Below, piece by piece: positions 49,378 through 60,468 of a stretch of 64,000 bases of DNA (position 1 is the first letter of the stretch; the number at the start of each line of letters is the position of its first letter). Below the pieces are notes generated by a model that saw only the letters and a list, made by a program, of their open reading frames with translations, was not told where the DNA came from and made no database searches. Position numbers and translations under genes: made by a program. The stretch lies in NCBI GenBank assembly GCA_905178155.1, contig CAJINV010000013.1, positions 2,360,281 through 2,424,280 of the forward strand. Direction: 5' to 3'. This DNA is from Amoebophrya sp. A120 (taxonomy: Eukaryota > Protista > Dinoflagellata).

Positions 49378-50151
49378 GATGCTGAATTCTTAGCAGTGGC
49401 ACGACAACGCATGGAATGGTACTGTAGCAATCCTCGTCCTCGTCGCGCGGCGAGCTGTAGTTACAACGAATAGAATGCGTCCAGGAGTATATCGCAGACC
49501 GGATGCAATATGACTCGTTGTTGATTCTGGCGCTGTATAATTTGCTCTCTACGCAAGTTTAGCTCGACACGCAGCAGCGCAGCTGAGAAATTTTATGTCC
49601 GTGTTAAGCAATGACAGAGTCATAGAGTTGGAAATCATTCATTGCCTCAACGAACTGTACTAGCAATCTTGACGATGATGTTTGAACAATGGCCGTGCAG
49701 TTTTCCAGTATTTCTTTCTTTTACTTTTCCCCGGTGTCTCGGATCAAGTTCGGTCTCTGTGGTTGTAGTACGTGTGCTCTCCGATTCCGGTGTTATTGAT
49801 TTCTGACCCCGTCGTGATTTCATAGGAAGGCATTTTTTTTCGACATGTCGTGACGTCGTCTACGTTCTTCTTGTTCTCCCGATAGTGGTCCCTTTGTCGA
49901 AAACGAAAAGTAGTATCACTCTTGTCAAATTGTGTCGTTGTCGGTCTCAGCCAAATTATCTCGCCTTTGCATAGGAAGAAAGAGGAAATGAGAAGTAGTG
50001 CGAAATTGAAATTCCACGACATCGCGCCTCGTCCTTGTGCAAAAATTGGTATTATGTAAGGTCTACCGATTCTACTCCCACTGTTCAATTGCTTCGATAA
50101 GCGCTTTAGCCGCATAGAAAAAGTAACGACTCAAATATATTTTGCAAGAAA

Positions 50152-53100
50152 ATGCGCAGTCCTCTAACGGTGCTCAATGCAAGAGCCACAACTACGTCGT
50201 CCTCGTCGTCTTTCAGTGGCTGTATAGCAGGGTGGTGTCGCGCAACTGGCCGCGGAGCATCATCAACTCCGTCGAGCTCGAGCAGCCGTCGTCTGTGCAC
50301 CGCGGCGCGAGAGCTCCTATCCGCGTCAGCTTCCTCCTCTTCAGGTGCGGGCAGGAGTAGACCTGATTCCGATTCAGCAGAGCAGCAAAAAGCGCAACTC
50401 CCACGGAATATCCTGCGCGCGGCGAGGCTGCAATTGGAACACAGTGGACGCTGTAGGTCGACGGGGTCGGCCGGCAAAGTGAATCAGGATTGGCAAGAGT
50501 TTGGGGATGCGCTATTGGATCTAGGAACGTCAGAGGCAGCTTCAAACGCGAACTCATCTTTCAATTCTCCCTTCAATTCGGCGTTCCTCACCACAAAGTC
50601 CGGCATCACGAACCTGCAGAAACTCTGCCGTCTCCTCGCCTTCGACGCCAATTTTCGGAGTTTCGCTTTTTGGCCCTTGTTCTCGGCCAGAATAGCGGGC
50701 ATCTACGATCCCGAGGACGAGGCGGCGCGGGAAACCGCGAGGGAAGCGGCTGGCGGTAGTAGTGGACCTCTCAGTGGGGAGGATCACCACGACACAGATC
50801 AAGCCAGGCGAAGCGCCGACAATGATTTCGACGAGAACTACGATGATGAAGATGATGACATTTATGGCGACGAAGGTGATGATATTGATGCCATCCAAGA
50901 GTCTTTCACGGGCCAAGCGTTGCCGCTGGAGGACGTGTTGATCATTTGTGAGTGCTATGCCCAAGTGAACCACCAGTGCAAGCACGCTTTCACGGCCTTG
51001 GTGAAACAGAGCTTGCGACGGCTCCGCGAGGATCTGCCGCTGACTTCGAGTCCGTATGATGATAGTACTAGTGCTGAAACTGAAACATCAGGACGACAAG
51101 AAGAAGTACCAGATCTTCACCCCACGACACGAAAAACGGTTCTCTCCGCCGAAGAAATTGCAAACTTACCGACGAGACTGCAGCGCCGGCAGGCGGAGCT
51201 CGAGAACAAGAGGATCCGGGAGGAGGAGGCGCGCCTGGAGAGGACGAAAGTGCTCTTCCACCGCGTGATGAAAGTGTTCGCGAAGGTATCAAATGTAAAA
51301 ATGTCTGGGTCTAGATCTAGAACAATTCATGTTTGTCATGCTTGTCTGGCATGACTCTGAAATCTGTCATGCAAGTTACCCAAGAGCTTCGTTTTTCTGT
51401 GATGCAGAAGCGCAGTTTGTCATGCAGAATAGGCAACACCTAGGAGCTCAGAAGCTTGTCATGCTGAGCCAGCATTTGTAGCCTCATCATGAGACGCCAC
51501 CCAGCATCACAAGTTTCCAGACCCAGACACTTTTGCATTTGATAGAAGGCGTCGATCCGCAACAACCGGCTGATGGAGGAAATTTCGCAGTTTCTGCTCA
51601 CCTGGCGCCAGCCGCGGCCGTTCGAAAACCGGGAGTTCGCGTTGCTCTTTCTGCATGTGATGAGCCAAACTGGGTATCGCAGCGATGTGCTGTTGCAGCA
51701 CTTCGGGAAGCGGTTCTGGAACACGAACGGGGCGGTTGATCAGTTTGGTGCTGGTGCAAGCGAAGTGAGGAGTAGAACGACTTCTTGCGCAGCTGCTCTC
51801 TTGGGGGACAGTGAGAGTAATGTCCCGAGTACACGTCTTCAAGAGGAAGAGCCCTCCGCCAGTAGTGGTCCTACAAATGAAGCAGAAGCAGGCCCAGATT
51901 TTAATTCTGTCGACTCTACTACGAAAAATTCCACCGCGTGGAAGCGGCAAGTCCTGTTTGCCGACTGTTTTTTGGCGTGCAAACAAATGAAAGATTACAA
52001 CAACACGCAGGAGCCACAGGCCGCCAACCCCTTTGTTGAAGAGCTTCACTACCGTTCCCAGTCTTGGAAAACCCTCCCCGGGAAAGAAATTGCTTCGGTG
52101 GTCGTAAAATCCCTGGGCAAGCTGCAGTACCGGCACGACTCGTTACTCAAGCTCGTGGTTTCCGACATCCTATTAGACGACGACCAGCGGGCGATAGCCC
52201 GGGCCATTGCAACGAAAGACGGCGATGTGGAGGATCGTCATGCAGGAGGAGGGAGCGATAACGACGGTCCGACAACTGCCGCTGCTCTTGTTGACGCTGG
52301 ACGAACTGCGGCGGGACAAGCTCAAGCATCGTCTTCGTCTACATCTTCAAGCGGATTGATTTGGCAAGACAAAGACCACCGCGGGCCGAGAGCAGCCACT
52401 AGAAATAAGAGCACCACTGCGATGAATGACAACAAAACCAAGTACGACGCGGCCGACGTCGCGAACGTGTGCGAAGCGATGCTGCTGACCAAGCGGGATA
52501 AGGGGAAAACGGACTGGTGGAACAGTCAGCAGCAGTTCCAGCAGTTGCTCCAGTCCCTGCAGGTGCGACTCGTGGACGAAATGTCTTGCCGTGACACGAT
52601 GAAGGCCAAAGATCTGGCCTGCAGTGCCTGGGTACTGGGGAAAGCGAAGGTGGACCGGGAGGATTTGTGCCTGCTTTTGTGGGAGGAGTTCGTGGAAAGG
52701 AGAATCTTGCGGCTGGGAGAGGACCTTCCGGAGATGTCGAGCCAGACACCTGGTCTGGCGCATGGGGACTGGGGCGATGTGGCGGATAGGGATGATACTA
52801 GCTTTGTTGAGGCGGGATCGGGAAAAATGGAAGCAGTTGAAGAATCATCGACCTCCGGCTGTAGTAGTTTGACAAGTGGCGGCGCATCTTTATCTGACGA
52901 AGAAGAAGAGGTCGACCTAAACGGGCTTTCCGAGATGAGAGGCGCCTCGTCTTCTTCGTCCAACGGAAAAATGGAGATATTATCGGCTGAGGACGAGGAA
53001 GTTGCTATATTCGGGAGTAAAAATAGCCGCGGGAAAAAAGAACCACACGACATTAGCGACGAAGGTCCTCTCGGTCTCGACGAAAAAGAAGATCCGGAGG

Positions 53101-53970
53101 AGCATGTTGACAGCCTCGAACTCTTCCCAGAAATCGATCCAGCTGCTGCGAATATAGAACTACAAAGAACCCGAGTAGGACAAATAAACGACGAAATAAC
53201 GTCGGTCGCCATCGCAGGAGCATCATTTCCCGCGGGCCAAGTCGATCAAACAAGCGCGTCATTGTGTGAAGGAACACCATTTATTTCACGACCCGCAGCA
53301 CAGCAATACAACAACTCTCGAGCTGCAGGCACTGTTCCACCTGAAGAGGATTTTTCGCCGGAGCTTTTGGTGCAGTTTCTCGAGGGGCTGGTTTACATGT
53401 GCCCAACTCACAAGCGAAAGCGAGCCCTGGTTCCCAAAATCGAGAAGCTCTCCCCCTGGATCTGCGCGAACGTGTGGCTGTTTGACTTGCACGAGCTAAT
53501 TCAGTATGAACTGCAAAAGTATCGCACCCGTATAAATGCGTTACAAATTTCCTCAGCATGAGAAATAAGATTTGTAATGCAGATTCGCCTTGGGAACAAG
53601 ATTTGTAATGCAAGACTTGCATTTATACAAGTGCGATACTTTTCCATTTGATATTCAGTGCAACCGGTACTTGGCGGACTTGGGGTACAGCGAGTTCGGG
53701 TACTACCAAGCCTTCGTGCCGTTCCTGAACCAAAGGACGAATTTGATGACGGCGACGGACGTGCAGAACGTGCAGGACACGTACAACAAACTGAAGTTCA
53801 CCGACGACGATTTTCTGACAGACAACATGATGATCGGCCGCCAATTTTTCTACCGGCTGGGGAAGCGGTGGCAGGTGCTCTACGCGAAACAGATGCGGGA
53901 GCGAACAAGCAAACGGAATAGCTTACTGGGAAAGACTGGTAGGGGGGAATTTTCGCAGCGGATTGGGTGA
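50152..53970 (+). CDS. Large alpha-helical repeat protein (FAST/HPR/OPR-like), possibly organelle-targeted
   Basis: Exons 50152-51286, 51550-53504, 53659-53970 joined across two TIR introns. Ser/Arg-rich N-terminus and degenerate repeats such as EIASVVVKSLGKLQYRHDSLL, DLACSAWVLGKAKV and ELIQCNRYLADLGY. Family assignment is tentative. Confidence 0.65.
51287..51544. mobile_element. TIR intron family A, 258 bp
   Basis: Perfect TSD GAAGG; can also be read as GT-AG 51286-51548; frame restored (FAKASIR). Confidence 0.92.
53505..53653. mobile_element. TIR intron family B, 149 bp
   Basis: TATGAACTGCAAAAGTATCGCAC / GTGCGATACTTTTCCATTTGATA; perfect TSD TTCAG; frame restored (LIQCNR). Confidence 0.92.
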
Positions 53971-54854
53971 AAAGTGATGCTTCAAGTTTAAGCATAAGTA
54001 GAGTCAGATACTGGATGCTGCTCATCTTCTTGATGCTGATGCGTTTTGGAGGACACAGCTAGGAATACTCAGGTCGAGGGCGTGCTGATACGTCCTGAAA
54101 CAAATGTACAAATAAAAGCACGGCAAGACACTTCTGCAAAAGACAACAGAGTCTGAGAGGGTAGATTTTAGGAAGATAAAAAAATACAAATACGAACAGC
54201 ATTTTGTTTGTTCTTTTCGAGCATGCGAGCTTCAATCTTGATGTTGACACCTCACGTATTTTCAGATGCTAACGGTCGACGAGAAGTTACAACTCGTTGA
54301 GAGAAACAAAGAAACATATTTGGAGAGAGTCTTTGCTATCGTCGAATTACGTTTGAAAGATTTTACTTTCGCACAACATCAAAACGTTTGTTGATCACAC
54401 CATCATTGGGGAGGTCGTATCGTTACAGCTTTCGAAAAGAAACATCCACAGACGTCTGTTATATGTGACTATGAAACGCGCTGTGTCTCTGGTTTTTCTA
54501 GGTGGAGGGACGAGAAAAGAGCAGAGAGCAGCAAAATACTAAGACGGAATAATTGAAGATACCATCCATCGTGCGTCTCCTTGTTCTTCCTGGGTTGACC
54601 ACCGTCAACTCGACGTCCATACTGTGGAGTCGTTTTCGTTTCTGTTTTGGTCGCAAGAAAGAACAAATCGCGAAGACATTGTCACGCGCAGGGGAATAAT
54701 GTTTTTTTGAGCAGTGTTGTTGAAGGGTCGTGGGCGAGAAATGATAATGAAAAACAAATGTCTGACGTGCTGAAGCCGCGGCAGTAATCGCTAAGCCACC
54801 AGCGCGATTAGCACCCGTACGACAGAAATAAGCGCAAGGCAAGGGAACAGGAAA

Positions 54855-57800
54855 ATGCAGGTCCAGCAAGGTGGGCAGACGACGCTGGCCGGCGGGCAAG
54901 CGAAGTACAGGGAGGATGACAAGCACGCAACAAATATAATGTACGACCGAAGGGTCGTGAGAGGTACAATTTTGCTGGGTTCTTTTTCGGGCTGCATACC
55001 ATCTTCACACTTGCGTACTTACCACGTTAACGTATTAACTCACATTCATCTCTTTTCACAACCGACAAAGCTGTCCAAATATGACCAACACAGGTAATAC
55101 CTACGCCGCATTAGTCGTGCCAGAAGATGATCCACAGCAGCTGGCGAGCCAAAGGGCAGCCCAGAGAAGAAAGCTTAAGGCCGCAAACCAACGATTTCAG
55201 AGGGTACATGAACGTTTTGGAAAGTTGGGATATCGTGCCTCGCTTTATTTGAAGATGTCGTGTCTCACGGCTTACCCTGCACATCGATCCACGAGCAATC
55301 TTTTGCTGCCTTCTAGGGTGCAGCTTCAGCATGGAAAACTTCTAAAAAAATCTTCTTTTCAGCCCGGCACGCCAGAAGCAGTTCCGGGTAGGCATCACAT
55401 GGACGTGCAGACAGACCCGTATCTGGAAGAGCTCACACAGCGCGCAACGGAATTTGAAGCGGAGACACAAACGGATTTCCTCCTAGACCGACCCGCAACA
55501 CCACTTTATATACCTGAGAAGGTACTACAAGTAGTTGTAGTACTCCAACTTTCACTTTCTTGGAATTTGAACATGTGTGGCGTCGAAGTAGGTACTTATC
55601 GAGCTCCTCGCCGCCTCTTGTTCGTGTTGATGATAAACTAATGTGCAAGGAAGTGAGCTCGCCCGTTGTTCAACATGTAAGGAGGTGGAAAAAGTAATGC
55701 ATTCTATGCCGAATCGAAAAATCCTGAACCTGATAATTCCCAACGCACACCTACAGAGCGGGCAAGACGCAGCAACGCAAATCGAGGACAATGATTTGTT
55801 TGACTTTGATCTGGAGGTCGAGCCATTGCTCGAGGTACTAGTGGGAAAGGCGCTGGAGAGGTCAATGATGGAAGTTTTGGAAGAGGAAGAGCTGAGCGCC
55901 ATGCGCCGGCACCAGGAGCACTTCCAGCAAATCCGGGAGCAGGAGCTGGTCGAGGTGCAGAGAATGGAGGTAAGTACTTACAACCTGGTTTATCTACAGT
56001 TTTGGCAGCACTTCTGTCATGCACAAAAGACAATCACGAGTGATAAAATATCACCGAACGCGAGGCGATAGCGATGCAAATGCAATGCGTGTTCTCGTGG
56101 TTGTGTGCCATGATTCATCACGCGCCTTCATCCGAAATTTTCTCTTTTAACAAAATTGTTTATAAATTTCACTGTAGAACAATCAAGCGTAAATAAAAAT
56201 AAACCCATCAGGCCGTCGAGAACCGAAGACAAGAAGAAATTTCCCGCAGAAAAGAGCAGTCCTCCGCAAGAAAACAATTCGACGAGGCTGTCATGCGAAA
56301 AGTATAATTGATTTTTTTCCCCATACTAGAAGTTAGGTTTTTTGTGATTTGTGTTTTTAGAAAAATTTCAGAGGAGGATATCAAATTCCGTGGGCCTAAT
56401 ACTGAGTCTGAGCCCCCCCCTCCATGATCCTCATCACATCCGTCTGAGATGAAAATTCCGACAACCCTCAGATCCTTTCCCGAAATGTGGCGCGAAGTTA
56501 CCTGTCCGGGCTGCAAAACCGGTGCTTCGACGAGCTTTTCGTGTCAAAAGGAAAAATCCCCCCTCCCCATATCGAAATGGAAATCTGTGATGCAGGATTT
56601 GGGTACACAAATCGGATCTGTCTTGCAGTAAGGCATCGCAGCCAGCTCCTCGGCCTAGGTAGGGGCGTATAGGTCTAGTTGCTTAGCATTGCAAACGGGT
56701 GCCCCCTAGGCGCAACAGCATGCCAAAGCGCTTCCATAATGGTGCGGAAGCCTCTGCGCCTGTCTTCTTGCAAGACAGACGTGATTTGTGACCTCAAATC
56801 AGCAACGCAAATTTTCGGAAACATACCTTTTCGATATGGGGAGGGGGGATTTTTCCTCTCAATATTTCGACGCGGGTGTTTTTCACGACAGCAATCTCAT
56901 CGCAGTGGAGGGAATGTTTCTGCCATGGCTTCTGGACTCCGTCAAGGACCGGGTCACCAAACTCGCAAGTCATCAGAAGGTAAGTCGAATCCGAAGTGGA
57001 GAAGTTCGTTGTGAAGAAGTTATTGTGCGTCTTCATGAATTTTAATTTTTTGCACGCGGGTCGTTCGTTTCGGATATGAATCTCATTGGTAGCAAGATGA
57101 GGTGATTTTTTGTTCTACTTTGTCGTGAAAATGAAACAGGCACTCGAGAGCGCGGTCGCGGACGTTGCCGAGGGCAAGACACTAGCACACGACCGGGTCT
57201 TGGCCGTCTACGAGGCGGAAAGGGACGAGTTGGAGGCAGCGGAGAGACGAATCCGAGCAGAAAGGGACGAGGAAAACAAGATCGCCGCAATGGAGGCTGT
57301 ATCAATTGCAAAAGTATCGCACTCGTATAAATGCATTACAAATTTCAATTTCCTCTGCGGGAAAAATAAAATTTGCATATGCAAGACTTGCACTTATACA
57401 ACGAGTGCGATACTTTTGCACTGGATAGGCTGCGCGAATCGCGGCGGAGGAGAAGCGAATCGCAGAAGCAGAGCCAGAGGATTGGGTCAAGGAGGTAAGT
57501 AATACTATCATATCCGATTGAATTTGATGAGAAAGACAACGAGGTTGATTGGTGCACGAGTATGAGCAAGACCCTTGACTAGGTTTGTTTTCCGCGACGC
57601 ATCATGATCGATACTATTGATAGGGTGAGGATGGAGGCCAAAAAACATTAAAACAGTTTACCTGCGTCGAGTACAATGAAGAGGAGAATTTAGTGACCCT
57701 CGACGACGAATCGAGTGACACCACCGTCCCAGAGGAGTTAGTGGAGGAGTTGAAAGCCCGCGTTGCCGCGGAAAGCGAAAAGGAGGAGAAGGTGCCGATC

Positions 57801-57908
57801 TTTGTCAAGGTAAACAAGACCCAGAAGGTGGTGCTCGAGATCATTCCCGCCCCCGTGGTTGAGGAGGAACCACCCGCGGACGAGGAGGCCCCACCAGCGG
57901 ATGAGTAA
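54855..57908 (+). CDS. RSPH3: Flagellar radial spoke protein 3
   Basis: Hallmarks NIMYDRRVVRGNTYA, GRHHMDVQTDPYLEEL, QTDFLLDRPATPLYIP and DLFDFDLEVEPLLEVLVGKALE. Exons 54855-54963, 55094-55203, 55363-55521, 55757-55969, 56212-56301, 56472-56541, 56870-56979, 57140-57299, 57433-57494, 57624-57908. The true start may be a 9-nt exon at 54758. Confidence 0.9.
56542..56864. mobile_element. TIR intron family D, 323 bp, in RSP3 (starts TGT)
   Basis: Perfect TSD TTTCG; removal restores ELFDAGVFHD; similar along its length to 32335. Confidence 0.93.
57300..57427. mobile_element. TIR intron family B, 128 bp, in RSP3
   Basis: TIR TATC.A.TGCAAAAGTATCGCACTCGT; perfect TSD GGCTG; frame restored (MEAARIA). 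Confidence 0.93.
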
Positions 57909-60468
57909 GTGAACACTCCAGCTTTTGTTTGTCGTAGCACACAGTCTCGCTCAACAGCTGAGCAGGCCAGCAGAGAATCTTCAATCACAAAAAAACTCAG
58001 AATCAAACAGTTAACCATTAGAATAAAACAAGTCAAAAGAACTTCGAGTTCAGAGAAACAGAGAATCTATTTTACAATCAGCAGAAGTAGCAGAGGCACA
58101 CTATTTATTCATCAGACTGAAAATATCGCTAGTACACAGCTTCAATATTCTAGCCATAGAGCGTTTTCTTTATCATTCAACCTACTCTACAGTTACCGTT
58201 ACGAAAACAGTTTACAGCTTTGAACAGAATTTCATCCGACCGAAGAAAGTTAAAGTTTCAGCAGAATACAGTTTTACCAGCATCGGAGTATACCGCTCCT
58301 ATCAGATCGAGGTGCGAAGAACCTCGAGCTCGACATCAGAGACCATGGGTTTCAACGATATTACCAGGAGAGTTATTTCTACTATTACAGCCGACGTCTT
58401 CGTGTTACCCGAAGATGATCCGATTGCTTAATTCTTCAGACCTGTTTAATAGACTAGCTGATCAGCTGCAGCTGCACCAGAAGAAGAAAATACTACTTAC
58501 TACATCAGAACTTTTCGCTGAATAATAATGTACCACTCCGTGACGACTAGTATCTTCAGTATGCTTCTAATCCTCAGAGGACACAACTCAGGAGAAGTAG
58601 ACCATGAAAACACGATGCGGAGGACTTGCATGCTCCTGCGGAAATCGCGTCCATGGTTTTCGATTTTTGTGGAGCTTTTGCACAGTACTAGGCGCAACAC
58701 CACTCAAACTTACCTGTATAGTACTAGATGAGAGCAGATCATGGAAGAGGTGGGACAACACAAAAGCCGAGGATGGAAATGAAGCGACAAGCGAACTAAA
58801 ACAGTGGATAATGCAGGAGACACTTGATAATGTGAAAGCGAAAAGTACATGATAGGCAGAGATTTTTTTTCGGGCCGTGAGGAGCGAGTAAACCTCGTCT
58901 CCGCGCACCGTTGCTGCACGGAAGAGTTCTTTCCATCACGGTAGGGTCATGAATTTAAGCTCCGTATTGATTCGATTGAACATATCAGCTGGTGCTTCAG
59001 GTGGTAGAGCCTTGTTGTGCTCGTGGTGTCATTTGCGTCGTAAACATTCGTACTTTCGTACAACCCCATCATCGCGCGCGAAAACAACTATTAGTTTGCC
59101 TGCATTCTTCGTGACGTTTCGATGTGGCGAGCGGGCTAGAGACATTTGTTTTCGACGCTTCGAGACGCGACGAGAGATGAAGTCATCTTATTGGGAAGGC
59201 GAGCGACGGTGAGCCGTAGGCGAGGGGAAGCGATAGAAGCGATAAAGGCCGTTTGTTGGGTTGGTCGCGATGTCGGTAAAGACCTGGCACTCTACTCACT
59301 CGCGAAAATGAACGTGTGAAAAGCAATACATAGCGAAAAGCCGCACCAAAGGATATTATTGCCATTTTTGACTACAGCGAAACAAGAAGACAGAAGTGGC
59401 CAGTTAAGGATAGCGCAGTTTCAAATCTCGACCCGTTCGTAAAAAACGCAGTACCTTTTGGAACGAAAGGGACCTCGGGCTAGTTTTATCCCGCACACTG
59501 GCAGTAGTGCAGGACTACACGAGGAGTCCCCCGGTAGCTGCCGACCGTCTTGCTCACAGTAGTGGTCGTGTGCCTTGCTGTAGTAAAAGTAGATCGCGGC
59601 CGAATTTTCGCAGTGAAAAAGCACAGGCTGCCAGAGCTGCTACGAGTCACGACAACCTGCCAGAGCAGCAACGGGTGTCGTGTGTAGTTCAAGCAACGGT
59701 AATCAATCTTCCTAAGACGACGACCTCGAACAGCAGGGTGCGGCTCGTAGTTGCCTTTGTTGGCAATAATTGCAAGCCACAGCAGGATAGACCGAGACGC
59801 CGTCCTGTCCAGCAACAGTATAGAAACTTGAAAATTTCAAACTAGTACGTCCGTGACGTAGTCGCTTTCCGTCCCCTTCCAGCGCGGCGATTCCATCAAG
59901 CGAACAGACCCTCAGTCGTGCTGTTCTTCTCACGTCTCACAACGAACTACAAACGGAGGAATAAGTAATCAAGAGCCCGGTGGCAGGATCTGTCGGGCCG
60001 CACGTCGTGGCACAACTGCAGACAGATCGCCAGCGACCAGTGCGTCTTCTATCTTCTTCGGCTGCGAAGACTTCTGTGATTTCCTACACTACAAAGAAAA
60101 CTTCTCTACCCTCGATCTCGAATCAACGTCGTGCACAAGTCTTCGCCTCCTTGCGCAGAAGCGCCCTCTGGAACAACTACACGGACTAGTAAGAAAAAGA
60201 AAAACATCCCGGACGAACAGCACTGCAGCTGCTGGTTGCTACGATTATAGTTTGTAATCGACCGTTGCGAAAAAAACATCGAAAATGATCGACCACGCAC
60301 GCGTTGCGGAGCTCAAATCCATGGTGGAATATGCTGAGGAAAATCGGTTCTTTTCGCCCTGAATTTGATCTCTTGCGCATTCGTTCTAGAAAGATGAAGA
60401 AAGAAGTGCAAGCTGTCTGTGTCTTTCTCTTTGCCCAATATCGTGATGCATTTTTACTAGCATCGGAG

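Noticed and set aside
580-51544. Family-A repeats as a CRISPR array or prokaryotic IS/REP elements
   Set aside because: Repeats are inverted pairs about 260 bp apart scattered through genes, there are no cas or transposase genes, and the context is eukaryotic (GT-AG introns, flagellar genes).
464-51724. Recurring peptides in the ORF track (KMSGSGR, LPDPDIF, FQTQTFL, KNVWVWK, EKSPLPISK)
   Set aside because: They are translations of the family-A and family-D TIRs in different frames, not protein motifs.
57909-60460. Short ORFs in the RSP3-CCDC113 gap (also 42436-44245 and 49378-50151)
   Set aside because: AT-richer, lacking the codon bias of real exons and with no homology recognised; treated as UTR/intergenic. 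An ncRNA cannot be excluded without Rfam.
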